From: the human T2T-CHM13v2.0 reference genome, Homo sapiens
Assembly (NCBI RefSeq): GCF_009914755.1
Contig: NC_060938.1
Reading direction: 5' to 3' (one strand)
DNA length: 64,000 nt
Shown: in pieces, positions 23,329 to 42,052 of the stretch
Layout: every line of letters starts with the position of its first letter
Numbering within the stretch: position 1 is the stretch's first letter
The notes under the pieces: generated by a model
Databases searched by the model: none
What the model saw: only the letters and a program-made list of their open reading frames with translations
What the model was told of the DNA's origin: nothing
Translations under genes and position numbers: made by a program

Positions 23329-25352
23329 TGACACCACGCCCAGCTAAGTTTTGTATTTTTAGTAGAGACGGGGTTTCACCATGTTGGCCAGGCTGGGCTG
23401 GAATTCCTGACCTCAAGTGATCTGCCTGCCTTGGCCTCCCTAAGTGCTGGGATTACAGGTGTGAGCCACTGCACCTGGCCTAATGCTCCCTTTTTTCTGT
23501 TCCTAAGCCACTTTGTTCATACCTCAATCTTAACACTTCTCACATTATTTGGAAGTTATCAATCTTCTTATCTTAATGCCTATACATTGCAAACTTTAGA
23601 TGGTGGGGGCTGTGTTATTTAACTCTATACTACTGCTACCTCTGTGCTGCAATTATCTTTTTTTTTCTTTTTTAGTGACCGGGTTTAGCTCTCTCTCTGT
23701 TGCCCAGCTGGAGTGCAGTGGCAAGACCCATCAAAGCTCACTGCAGCCTTGAACTCCTGGGCTCAAGATCCTCCCTCCCTGGCCTCCAGAGTAGCTGGGA
23801 CTACAGGCATGCGCCACCATGCCCAGCTAATTTTTAATTTTTCTGTAGTCTCATAGGGTCTGGCTATGTTGCTCAGGCTGGTCTCTAACTCCCAGCTTCA
23901 AGCGATTCTCCTGCCTTGGCCTCCCAAACTGTCGTGGTTACAGGGATAAGCCACTGTGCTCAGTCTATGCTGCCTTTCAATAAAGACAAGTGCTTAAATT
24001 TAATGTAGTTTAAATTTATCAAAGTTTTATTTACAGTTTGTGATTATGGCACTTAATAAACCCTACCCTGAGATCATAAGGATGTTTTCTTTTCTTGTAA
24101 AAGTTATAATTTTGGGGAACGATAGTAAGAAGAAAAAAAAAGTTGTAATTTTAAAATGCTTTAATTTCCCCTGTAAGTCTTTAACCTACCTTGAATTAGT
24201 TTTTGCATAGGGGATCCAACAGGTAACTGGTTGTTCCAGCCCATGTACTGAATACTCTATCTTCCCTCACTGAACTATAATTCCAGCCATACCTCATTTC
24301 ATAGATGCCTGCATGTTTGGGCTCTGTAGGTGGTTCCATTTCCCCCTCTGCCTTTCCCTATTCCAATATCACATGGTCTTAATTTGTATAGCTTTATAAT
24401 ACATGTTGACATGGAAGGGTGCGTCCTTGAAACTCATTTTTCTTCTTCAAGAATGTTTTGGCTATGCTTTGCCTTAAAGTGGTGTTTTTTTTTTGTTTTT
24501 TGTATTTTTTTTTTTTTTTGAGACAAAGTCTCGCTCTGTCACCCAGGCTGGAATTCAGTGGTATGATCTTGGCTCACTGCAACATTTGTCTCCCGGGTTC
24601 AAGGATTCTCTTGCCACAGCCTTCTGAGTAGCTGGGATTACAGGTGTGCACCACCATGCCTGGCTAATTTTTGTATTTTAGTAGAGATGGGGTTTTACCA
24701 TGTTGGCCAGGCTGGTGATGAACTCCTGACCTCAACTGATCCACCTGCCTTAGCCTCCCAACGTGCTGGGATTACAGGCACGAGCCACTGCGCTGCCCTT
24801 TGTTTTTTCATACACACTTTTGATTAGTTTGTGAAGGTCCAGAAAAAATTATGTTGGAAATTTGATTGGAACTGCATTGGACTGATAGATTAATTCCCCC
24901 ATGAAAAAAATAGCTCAAGAGATGTTTATAGAATAAACAAACGTCTGAGGCCTGGCGTGGTGGCTCACACCTGTAATCCCAGCACTTTGGGAGGCCAAGG
25001 CCAGAGGATGGCTTAGCACAGAAATTCGAGACCAGCCTGGGCAATATAGTGAGACCACACCCCCCAGCTTTTCTTGAGAAAAAATTTAAAAAATTTAGCC
25101 AGGCGTGGCAGTATGTGCTTGTAGTCCCAGCTACTCCACAGACTGAGGCAGGAGGGTACCTTGAGGACAGGAAGTTGAGGCTACAGTGATGGAGCCTCTA
25201 CACTCCAGCTTGGGCAACACAGCCAGACCCTGTCTCAAAAAAAAAAAGAGAAATGTTTTTGATACATGTCTTCAAAGTGCATCTTATAAGTCAACATTTG
25301 ATAATGGAGATCAGTGAATGAATGAATAAGGGCCAAAGATAACTAAGATTAG

Positions 25353-25666
<314 letters not shown>

Positions 25667-27027
25667 TGAGTAGCTGAAATTCCAGACGTGCACCACCACA
25701 CCAGGCTAATTTTTGTATTTTTAGCAGAGACAGATTTCACTATGTTGGCCAGGCTGGTCTCAAATTCCCGGCCTCAAGTGGTCCGCCCACCTTGGCCTCC
25801 CAAGGTGCTGGGATTACAGGAATGAGCCACCGCACCCGGCTTAATTTTTCTATTTTTAGTAGAAATGGGGTTTCACTATGTCGGCCTGGCTGGTCTCCAA
25901 CCCCTAGCCTCAGGTGATCTGCCCGCCTCAGCCTCCCAAAGTGCTGGGATTACAGGTGTGAGCTACTGCGTCCTGCCCAGCCAGCATTATTATTATTATT
26001 TTTGAGACGGAGTTTCGCTGTTGTTGCCTAGGCTGGAGTGCAATGGCGTGACCTCGGCTCACCGCAACTTCTGCCTCCCGGGTTTCTAGTGCCTCAGCCT
26101 CCTGAGTAGCTGGGATTACAGGCATGCACCACTAGGCCTGGCTAATTTTTGCTATTATTAGTAGGGACGGGGTTTCTCCATGTTGGTCAGGTTGGTCTCA
26201 AACTCCCGACCTCAGGTGATCTGCTAGCCTTGGCCTGCTGGGATTACAGGCGTGAGCCACCGCCCCGCCAGCATACATCAATTGTCAGTAAATTTCTTCT
26301 TCGCCTACTAGTTCCAATATCTTATTTAAAATCTATGGCCCGGTGAGGTGGCTCAGGCTTGTAATCCCAGCACTTTGGGAAGTCAAGGCGGGTGGATTGC
26401 CTGAGTTCAGGAGTTCAAGACCAGCCTGGGCAAAATGGCGAAACCCCGTCACTCCTAAAAATACAAAAAATTAGCAGGGCGTGGTAGCACACTCCTGTAA
26501 TCCCAGCTACTCAGGAGGCTGAGGCAGGAGAATCACTTGAACCCGGGAGGCGGAGGTTGCAGTGAGGCGAGACGGGCCACTGCACTCCAGCTTGGGCGAC
26601 AGAGTGAGACTCTGTCTCAAAATGAATGAATGAATGAATGAATGAATGAATAAAATCTACGAGGTCGGGCGCAGTGGCTCACTCTTGTAATCCCAGCACT
26701 TTGGGCGGGCGGATCATTTGAGGTCAGGAGTTTGAGACCGGCTTGGCCAACATGGTGAAACCCCATCTCTAAAAAAAATACAAAAATTAGCTGTACTGCT
26801 TGGGCGACAGAGCGAGACTCAGTCTCAAAAAAAAAAAATCTACAAATCCACTTCATCTTTCATTAAACACGAACCTGGGACGTAGTTAGAATGTCTTGAA
26901 GAAAATATTTCAGTAATATTCCAAGTCCGTCGCCCTGGCAAAGCAACAAGGCCACCTGACGGAGTAAGCCCGAGACCCCTGTGCCTCCACAGTACTGCCC
27001 GCGGGATCGCGGCGTGGGGAACCAGGA

Positions 27028-27046
27028 ACTACAAGTCCCGGCAGGC
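27028..27046 (+). promoter_or_regulatory. ZNF143/THAP11(Ronin)-HCFC1 composite motif (ACTACAnnTCCC, SBS)
   Basis: ACTACAAGTCCCGGCAGGC matches the ACTACAnnTCCCRnnnnGC promoter motif, about 30-50 bp upstream of the inferred exon 1. Confidence 0.8.
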
Positions 27047-27073
27047 CGCGCGCGCCTCGGCTTCACTAAGCGC

Positions 27074-27165
27074 AGTCAGGTGGCTGTCCCCGCACGGTTC
27101 CCAGCTAATTCCCCGCTACCGGGTTGCGGCCGGAAGCCGGGCGCCGCGGCTCTGCTTCCCTCGGG
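27074..27165 (+). other. ADCK1: ADCK1 non-coding exon 1 (5' UTR); start approximate
   Basis: Lies inside the only CpG island, has no ATG, and ends at donor GGG|GTGAGT (27166-27171). Exon 2 has only 11 nt of UTR after an acceptor, so an upstream exon is required. The TSS cannot be fixed from sequence. Confidence 0.75.
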
Positions 27166-27929
27166 GTGAGTAGGGGCAGCTCGCCGGAGGCCGGCGCAGA
27201 GCTCGGGCCGACCAGCCTGGCAGGGCCGCACCGCGCCTGGAGCGCGAGGGAACCGGCATGGACACGCCGGGAGTCGGCCTCTGCTCCGGTTGTGCAGCCG
27301 CCCTGGGCGCCGGGAGGGACAGCCCCATGACCTTGTCACCTGGGCCCGGCGCGCGGCCACGTGGCTCGGGTGACTCGCATTGCCCCGCCCCCCTGCAGTG
27401 ACTTCTCCAGTTTGGCACACCAGTGGGCTTTCATGTGACCTGTCCACTTCAGTGGCACAGTCTTGCAGGCACCCGAGTGGGCAGAGCTGGAGGAGGGCCG
27501 GAGGTGGCTCACCCAGACGCCTTCACCCCCTGGTGGCCCTGTGAGTTCCGAGGCAGAAGCAGCTGGAGCTGGAGCGTGGTCTGGGCAAGAGCAGGGGGCG
27601 ATGCCCATATCCTGGCCCTCCACCCGGTCTTGCGAACGTGCCCCAGACCGCTGCTTATCTCCAGCATCTTGCAGGGCCCTGGGCTTCCAGATCACACAGT
27701 AGATATGTGCTAACAGCAGCCAGTGTGTGTGGAGAGCAACCTTTAGATAAGACACCTAGAACAGCCCTCTCCCAGGGTTAAGTGGCATTTACTTTCTACT
27801 AACAAGAAAGTCATTCAACAAGTATTTATTGTTTACCTCCATGATACTTGGCACTTAGTAGGTGCTCAAGAAATATTTGCAGAGTTGAAGTGAATTAGAC
27901 TTTATCTGTGGCTTCATATGTTTTATTTA

Positions 27930-28061
<132 letters not shown>

Positions 28062-28104
28062 TTAAAAGAAAAAAAGGAAAATAAATAAAATAATTTTCTT
28101 ACTA

Positions 28105-28293
28105 CAGTGGTTCTCAAACTTTAGCATGCACCAGAGTCACCTGGAGAGCTAGTAACAACACACAGTACTGGACCCCATCCCCAAAGTTTCTGATTCTGTA
28201 AGTCTGGTATGAGGACCAAGAATTGGCGTTTCTAACATGCACCCAAGTGATGCAGTTGCTGTTGGTCTGGGGACCATACGTTGAGTACCACTG
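28105..28293 (+). mobile_element. MER5A (hAT-Charlie MITE)
   Basis: Terminal inverted repeats CAGTGGTTCTCAA and TTGAGTACCACTG, 189 bp. Confidence 0.85.
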
Positions 28294-29842
28294 CTTTATA
28301 GGAAAAAAAATCCTGTGAACTTAAAGCACTATCTCTTCACACCTGGTTACGGGTCTTTCTGTCTTTATTTGCCAGTTTTACTTTTTTGGTGATTGTAAAT
28401 ATGTGCATATTACTTTGTACACTGTTAACTCCCTCCATATTAATTTATATACAGATTTTAATGTAGTCTATACTTGTCATTTTTCCTGGTTACATCATAT
28501 TCTACCTTATTGGGTCATTCTTTGCTTGGCCATTTCTCAACTGGCCTCAGGGATGTGCGATTTGATCTGTACTAGAAGAGTGTGCATATTCTTACTTTCT
28601 GATATGCAGTCATTTTCTTGTCAGACAAAGGACCTGTAAGAATATTAGTTGGGGCCGGGTGCGGTGGCTCACACCTGTAATCCCAGCACTTTGGGAGGCT
28701 GAGGTGGGCGAATCACTTGAGGTCAGGCGTTCAATGCCAGCCTGGCCAACATGGTGAAACCCCATCTCTACCAAAAATACAAAAAAATTACCTGGGCGTA
28801 GTGGTGTGTGCCTGTAGTCCCAGCTACTTGGGAGGCTGAGGAGGAGAACAGCTTGAACCCGGGAGACGGAGGCTGCAGTGAGCCGAGATCGTGTCACTGC
28901 ACTCCAGCCTGGGCGACTGAGCAAGACTCCGTCTAAAAAAAAAAAATTTAGTTGGGTCAGCCATCCATTTCTTCACCAGGGTAACTCACTAAATATGCCT
29001 CCTGGGTTAAGGTTTCCATGTTGCAGGGACTCCAGTGGCCTATTTCAGGGCCCAGCAAGCTGCTTGTTCTTGTGCACTTTTTGCTCTCTTGGTGGGAGCA
29101 GTCATACATGGATTCAAGTTCTGCCTCCATCACTTACCAGCTCCTTGGCCAAGTTTTCTACCTTTTCTAAAACACCACTTCCTTATCCATAGATTGAAGC
29201 TCTAATAGCATGCACCTCGGAATCTGGTTGTGTGAGTTAATGAGCTAATAAGTGCTTGGTACTGTAGCTCTCCCGTTGGAAGCTCACTCTCTTCTCTTAC
29301 CTGCTGCTTGCTCTTTGCATCTGGCTTTGCCCTATTCTCCCTCAGTCTGCCTTTCCTAGGATGGACTGAATGGAGGATTTCTATTCCTTGCCTGGGTGAG
29401 AATTATTTTTGTTGTCTATTCTGGGACCTTGGCATCAGTCAGGGATTCCTTTTTTTATTTTTTGAGACAGAGTGTTGCTCTGTCGCCCAGGTTGGAGTGC
29501 AGTGGCACGATCTTGGCTCACTGCAGCCTCTGCCTCTCGGGTTCCAGCAATTCTCTTGCTTCAGCCTCCCGGGATTCCTTTCTTTAATCAACATTGATTT
29601 AAGGACCTTGAGTGCTTAGGCATCAAACACTAGGAAAGGGAGTTTGATTAAAATTTGGTTCCTAGCCGGGCGCGGTGGCTCACGCCTGTAATCCCAGCAC
29701 TTTGGGAAGCCAAGGCGGGCGGATCACGAGGTCAGGAGATCGAGACCATCCTGGCTAACATGGTGAAACACCGTCTCTACTAAAAAAAATACAAAAAAAT
29801 TAGCTGGGCGTGGTGCCGGGTGCCTGTAGTCCCAGCTACTCA

Positions 29843-29941
<99 letters not shown>

Positions 29942-31786
29942 TCATCTCAAAATAAATAAATAAATACAATTTGGTTCCTGGACTACATTACTATCTTAGG
30001 GAGGGCAGACTGTAAACCTGCTCAGGCCAACTTCACACAGTCCCTTGCTATTGACTTGGTGTCTTTGGCATCTTTCCAGACTTGAGGCATGATGGTATCA
30101 TTCACTTTGTGTGCTTTCTATCCATATCAGGGACCAGGTTCTTCTGAAGACCCTATCACTCTCTCCAAGGGTATTTTTGGGTCTTTTTTCAGTTTTGGGG
30201 GCAGACTAGAAGAAATAATGCTCATTGGTATAATAGTCTCTCTAGGAAATGGGAGGAGGCCATGGTCACTTTTCATGGAACTAGAGACCTAAGTGCCTTT
30301 TCTCTGTGGTAATTCTCATTTGTGCACCAAACAGGGAAAGGTGATTCCAGGCCTTTAGTCCTGAAATGTAGCATAGGGAGAGGGCTGCCAATGGATGGAA
30401 ACTGAAAAGGCCTAGCTAGTCACTGACTCCGATGAACAGTAAGTGCTTGGTTTCCCATTTAGTTCTGTCAAGGGGACGGACATTTCGTGTGACCATCAGC
30501 TTCCCATTTGTACGTCCCAGACTCTCCTGTTGCTTCATTTTCATAACCTACTGGGGTGTTTCCTGTGGTCCAGCGAGATGGATTCCATTCTTGTCATTGA
30601 TTTGACAATAAAACAGCCATGTCAGCTTTGCAGCTCTCCTAAACATTTGATAGACTGAAATGGCTTGTTTCTAGTGGGAGGCATTGGTTGATCTTGTGAC
30701 ATCCTGTTGATTTTGGGGGCTCCAAACAGTGCCTCCCACATGCCTGGCACTGGGTCAGAAATCATAGTCTCTGCCCACAGCAACAGTTGCATTTACTTGA
30801 GAACAGCAGTAAGGACTTTAGTGAACAGGAGTCCAGGTGTTCCTATCAAAGACGTTACCTGTCATAAAGAGAAGGGCTGAATACTTGGAATGAGTGGGAA
30901 GGCCCTGCTCAAGCTCTTAGCCATTTTACTAGCTGAGCCACCTGGGACAAATCTCTCACCCTCTCTGCTCCTTGGTTTCCTCATTTATACCTGGGGATGG
31001 TAATAATATTTGTCTCTCCTCACTGGGTTGTGTGGAATATCTAATGAGTTGAGTGTAAAGGGCTCTATTTTAATATAAAGGCTAGTTCTTGCTAGTGTTA
31101 TTATCTAGTGATTAGGTTTAAGGGTTTTGGTGGCCTCAGACCCCCTGTAAGGTATGTACTGTTAGGAGAGGTGACTCAGGTGAAAGTCAAAAAGGCTAGT
31201 AAGCAGAACAGGGCAGGTGATTCATTAACAAAGGGTTTAATAAGGAAAAATGTTTTCAATTGACAGACATATTTCACGCCTGACAGGGTCTTTTACAATA
31301 CCCCGAGGGAAGCAACTCATTTGCATGTTAAAGACTCAGGGACACCTTATGGAAAACTCTAGCTCCAGTCTATTTAGATGCCATTCGGCTCCTGTATCAT
31401 CTATTTTATGTATTTCAATTTCCATCTCTTTTATCACTGAGGACATTTGCACGAAAACAGGGTTTCGAGAGTTGTGTCTGCTTCGCTGTTACTTCCCACC
31501 CAGAGGTGGTCTCAAGGGTAGGGGTGGCCTCATTGCATACAGGGGACAGGTGTGGAGGTTGGTGTAACAGGAAGAGGGGGTTCAGGGGAGGCAGGGGCTG
31601 GGAGGTGGTGTTGGGGTGGGATGGGGTGTTGGTGATGAATTGTCAGCCCAGGGCATGTGGTTTTCACCTGGGGACCTGCATTGTTCCTTGCTCTGCACAG
31701 GTCTCAGGCCTCACTGGCTGTAGTTTGTCCATTCATTGATTCATTTGTTCAGTAAATGCTTTTGGAGCGCCCCCTATGTGCTAGGC

Positions 31787-32609
<823 letters not shown>

Positions 32610-32789
32610 GTTCTAGACAGAGAACAGCAAGTGCAAAAGCTCTGGGAGGTCAGAATATGCCTGGCATGTTTGAGGAATGGCACAGAGGCCAGTGCGTTTG
32701 GAGTAGAACGAGTGAAGGGGAAAGTGGTAGGGCATGAGACCCTAGAGGGAATTGAGAGTTAGACCATGTAAGAACTTGTCCAGGGGGCT

Positions 32790-33450
32790 CAGTCTGAAAA
32801 AAATCTCAAAAAACCTCCCAATCTTAGGTTCTACAATAGTGATGTTTATATATTCTATGGGAACAATTAGGAAAGTCACAAATCTTGTGACCTCTGATCA
32901 CGTGACTCCTGAGCAGTAAGGGATTATAGAAACTATGCTACATTTTAGCAGAGTTCTGGTTCCTCCCATAATCCTATTCTTACGGCTTTTTTTTTTTTTT
33001 TTTTTTTAAAGTGATGAGGTCTTGTTGCTGGGTGCGGTGGCTCACATCTGTAATCCCAGCACTCTGGGAGGCTGAGGTGGGCGGATTGCTCGAGGTCAGG
33101 AGTTTGAGAGATGAGGTCTCTCTATGTTGCCCCGGCTGGTCTGGACTCCTGAGCTCAAGCGGTCTTCCCACCTCAGCCTCCCAAAGTGTTGGGATTACAG
33201 GTGTGAGCACTCGCTGCACCTGGCCTTGTTAGTTTTACAAAGGTGGTTTTAGGTCTCTGAGCAAGAGGGATTAGTTTTAGGGAGGGATGGTTATCATCCT
33301 TGCTTTCAAATTAAACTATAAACTATATTCCTCCCAAAGTTAGCTTGGTCTATACCCAGGAGTGAGCAAGGACAGGTTGGAAGTCAGAAGCAAGATGGAG
33401 TCAACTACGGCAAATTTTCTTACTCTCATAATTTTGTGAAGGTGGTTTCA
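32790..33450 (-). mobile_element. ERV1 MER4/LTR8-group LTR fragment (contains an Alu-monomer hairpin)
   Basis: The reverse complement begins TGAAACCACCTTCACAAAATTATGA...GACTCCATCTTGCTTC. Confidence 0.65.
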
Positions 33451-33469
33451 ATTATCAGTGGTATTGTTG

Positions 33470-35564
<2,095 letters not shown>

Positions 35565-35592
35565 CATTTATTTATTTATTAATTTATTTTGA

Positions 35593-35688
<96 letters not shown>

Positions 35689-35691
35689 TAA

Positions 35692-35901
<210 letters not shown>

Positions 35902-36294
35902 TAACAGAGTCTTCCTTTTGGATCTAGTGGAGAGGGCAGATATAAGACCCAATCATTATCCATAAAAGCAGTATATAATTAGACTAGTGAGGAATGAATG
36001 AGGAATTCTGAGTGATTGGCTCACAAGAAGCTTCATGGAAGGATAATGAGGGATTGAGTGTGGAGGTATATTTTGGGAGAAAAAGGCTGGAAAGGCAAGT
36101 TGGGGTAAGAATTTGGTGGGCCTTGAGTGTCTTGCAAGGAGTTTGGGCTTTGTGGTAGGTGGAGAGGTGATAAGAATGGTATGAATACACTTGAGGATGA
36201 CCATGATAACTTGAGTGGCAGAGTAAAGATTAGATGGGATGTGGAGAAGTCAGTTTGGAATGGAGAATGGTTGAGTAGTTCAGGCAAGATATGA

Positions 36295-36546
<252 letters not shown>

Positions 36547-36743
36547 TGAACTCCTGACCTCAGGTGATCTGCCTGCTGGCCTCCCAAAGTGCTGGGATTA
36601 CAGGCGTGAGCCACTGTGCCTGGCCTCCCTGTTTATTAATTATTTGACGTTATGCCAAATCCTGGTTCCTTAGGTGCTAGGAGTTTTTCATAAGCTCTTT
36701 GACTTTTGACTTTTCAGTAACAAATAAATGAGGTTTAAAATCA

Positions 36744-36926
<183 letters not shown>

Positions 36927-37396
36927 TCAGGAGGCTGAGGCAGGAGAATCACTTGAGCCCAGGAGGCGGAGGCTGCAGTGAGCCGAGATCATACCAATGG
37001 ACTCCAGCCTGGGTGACAGAGTGAGACTCTGTCTCAAAAAAAAAAAAAAAAAAAAATTACAAGAGAGTCTTATTTACTGGGTATGTCAGGCATTGCCTTA
37101 AAGTAGTATTCAGTTAATTACTTTTTTTTTTCTTGAGTCTTGCTCTGTTGCCTAGGGTAAGTGCGATGGCACTCACCACTACACTCACTGCAGCCTCGAC
37201 CTTCCAGGCTCAAGTGATCCTCCTACCTCAGCCTCCTGAGTAGCTGGGAGTTCAGGGACACACCACCATGCCCAGCTAACTTTTTTATTGTTTGTAGAGA
37301 TGAGGTCTTGCTGTGTTCTTCAGGCTAGTCTTGAACTCCTGGACTCAAGCAACCTTCCCACCTTGGCCTCCCAAAGTGCTGGGCTTAATGGCATGA

Positions 37397-37765
<369 letters not shown>

Positions 37766-38526
37766 TGATTTGCCCGCCTCAGCCTCCCAAAGTGCTGGGA
37801 TTACAGGCGTGAGCCTCCGTGCCCGGCAAGGCTGGGTTCTTTACCCACGGTCTCTTCATACTGCCTTCCTAATGTGGGCTTCTCTGGATGCCCACAGGAA
37901 GGGTCCCTGGATCACTCTCATGATCTTGACTGAAGAAGGAAGCTGTGTAAGGAGCTTAAGTCACTCAGTCTAATTTAAGGTCGGTTTCTGGATCTGATTA
38001 GGGACCTGTGTCTCGGTGGAAACAAAGTAGAGGGTGAGTCTGTTGCCCCTTTCAGCAGAAAATACTCCAGGCTGAGGGTGTAGAGAGCAAGGAGAAAGGG
38101 TAGGGTTAAGTGGGGGCCACCTAGAATGTTGGAAGTAGGGTGTGCAGAATTCCTCTGGGAGCTGATAGGCAGGGGAGCATTTGTTAAAGCCTGGCACTGG
38201 GTGAGGAGATAATAATAATGATAATAATACTAATGCTAATAATGGAGGATAATAGCATCTGCCACTCTTGAGTTCTTACTGTGTAGGTGGCACCTTGCTA
38301 AGCATTTTACATGATTTATCTCATTTCCCACCACTCCATCAAGCAGGTATTGCTGTTATCCCCTTTGTGTATGGACGAGATCATGAGGTTCAGAGAGATT
38401 TAGCAGCTTGCCTATGGTCACCCAGTTCATAAGTGGCCATGCCAGGACTCAAACCTGGGCTGATTGGACTCCAGAGTTCATGATCTCCGTCAGTACACTC
38501 TCCTGTCCAGAAAGAATCCTTGCCTA

Positions 38527-38944
<418 letters not shown>

Positions 38945-38984
38945 CTAGAAAGCAAGGTTTTAATTTATTCTTTTAATTTATTAT

Positions 38985-39580
38985 TTTCCAGCTTTATTGA
39001 GGTGTAATTGACAAATAATTGTATCTATTCAAGGTGTACAACTTGATGATTTGATATATGTGTACTGTGTAATGATTACCACAATCAATCAACATATCCA
39101 TCACCTCAGATAGTTACCCTTTTGTGTGTGTGTGGTGAGGACACTTAAGATCTGCTCTCTCAGCAAATTTCAAGTAAACAATACAGTAGTATTAACTAGA
39201 GTTTCCATGTTGTACATTAGAGTCCCCAGAACTTATTCATCTTGTAACTGAAACTTTGTACCCTTTGACCAATATCGCCTAATTTCCCTCCAACCCCCAG
39301 CCCCTGGTAACCACCGTTCTAACCTCTGCCTCTAAGAGTTTGACTTCTTTAGATTCCACCTAAGAGTGAGATCATGCAGTATTTGTCTTTCTGTGTCTGG
39401 CTTATTTCACTTAGCAAAATGTTCTCTAGGTTCATCCATGTTGTCACCAATGGCAGGCTTCCTTCCTTTTTATGGCTGGATAATATTCCATAGTGTGTGT
39501 GTGTATATATATATATTTCACAATTTCTTCATCCATTTGTGGATGGACACTTAGGTTGTTTCTACATCTTGGCTATTGTG
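38985..39580 (-). mobile_element. L1MA8/9-like 3' end
   Basis: CAGCTTTATTGAGGTGTAATTGACAAAT, CAAATTTCAAGTAAACAATACAG and GTGAGATCATGCAGTATTTGTCTTTCTGTGTCTGGCTTATTTCACTTAGC. Confidence 0.85.
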
Positions 39581-39943
39581 CATACTACTGCATATTCTTT
39601 TTTTTGAGACAGAGTTTCATTCTTTTGACCAGGCTGGAGTGCAGTAGCGTGATCTTAGCTCACTGCAACTTCTGCCTCCTGGGTTCAAGCAATTCTCGTG
39701 CTTTAGCCACCTGAGTAGCTGGAATTACAGGAGTGAGCCACCATGCCTGGCTAGTTTTTGTATTTTTAGTAGAGATAGGGTTTTGCCATGTTGGCCAGGC
39801 TAGTCTCGAACTCCTGGGCTCAAGTGATCTGCCCGCCTCGGCCTCCCAAAGTGCTGGGGTTACAGATATGAGTCACCATGCCCGGCTGCATATTCTTTTT
39901 ATTTACAAAGTCACAATCTCATTCTTGCAGAGGTAGGAACTGA

Positions 39944-40587
<644 letters not shown>

Positions 40588-41006
40588 TGAGCCACGTGCC
40601 CAGCCTGAGTTTCTTAAATTATTTCCTTAAAAATCGTTGCTTGCAGTTACCCTTGTAGAGTGAATACAGTCCTCTGGTGTTGGGGAAGGGGAGGCATGTT
40701 TTTGGGGAATATTCACTGATGAAGTTGAACACTAAATTTCAGCAAAGCCTCTCTTTGTTTTCCTGTTTTTTTTTTTGTTTTTTTTTTGAGGAGTCTCATG
40801 TTGTCACCCACGCTGTAGTGCGCAGTGGTGCAATCTCGGCTCACTGCAACCTCTGCCTCCTGTTCAAGTGGTTTTCCTGCCACAGCCTCTTGAGTAGCTG
40901 AAACTAAAGATGCATGCCACAACACCCGGCTAACTTTTGTATTTTTAGTAGAGACAGGGTTTTGCCATGTTGGCAAGGCTGGTCTCAAACTCCTGACCTC
41001 AGGTGA

Positions 41007-41285
<279 letters not shown>

Positions 41286-41696
41286 TAGGCTGGTCTTGAA
41301 CTTCTGGGCTCAAATGATCCTCACATCTTGGCTTCCCAAAGTGCTGGGATTACAGGTGTGAGCCACTGCACCTGACCCCTTTTTTTTTCTGACCCATTGG
41401 TAGACAATGAAGCCTCTCTTTACTGAAAAAAAAAAACAAAAAACAAAAATCCTTTCTGAGCATGGTAGCTCACATCTGTAATCTCAGCACTTTGGGAGGC
41501 CAAGGTGGGTGGATCGCTTGAGCTCAGGAGTTGGAGACCAGCCTGAGCAAATGGCGAAACCCCATCTTTACAACAAAAATTAGCCCACTCCGGAGGCTGA
41601 GATGGGAGGATTGCTTGAACCCAGGAGGTCAAGGCTGCAGTAAGTTGAGATTGTGCCATTGCATTCCAGCCTGGGTGACAGAGCAAGACACTCTCA

Positions 41697-41728
<32 letters not shown>

Positions 41729-41848
41729 TAGAAGTGTGGCTCTCAAACTTGAGCTTTCAGACAAATCACTTGTTATCTTATTAAAATGCACATTCTTGAA
41801 TCTTACCCCTAGAGTTGGTAGTTCGGTGGCCCATGGGGTGGACTCTAG

Positions 41849-42052
<204 letters not shown>

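Larger units (their letters stand above)
26960..27400. promoter_or_regulatory. ADCK1: CpG-island, TATA-less promoter of ADCK1
   Basis: High GC and dense CpG outside repeats. Contains ACTACAAGTCCCGGCAGGC (27028-27046), ETS-like CCGGAAG (27130-27136), TGACCTTG (27328-27335), palindromic E-box GCCACGTGGC (27356-27365) and GC box GCCCCGCCCC (27382-27391). Confidence 0.88.

Noticed and set aside
26863-27755. Pro/Arg/Gly/Ala-rich ORFs at the CpG island as a divergent or overlapping gene
   Set aside because: Stop-poor frames are expected in GC-rich DNA, and there is no recognisable domain.
31495-31515. CTCF-like motifs here and near 49235
   Set aside because: Both have several mismatches to the core consensus and cannot be supported from sequence alone.
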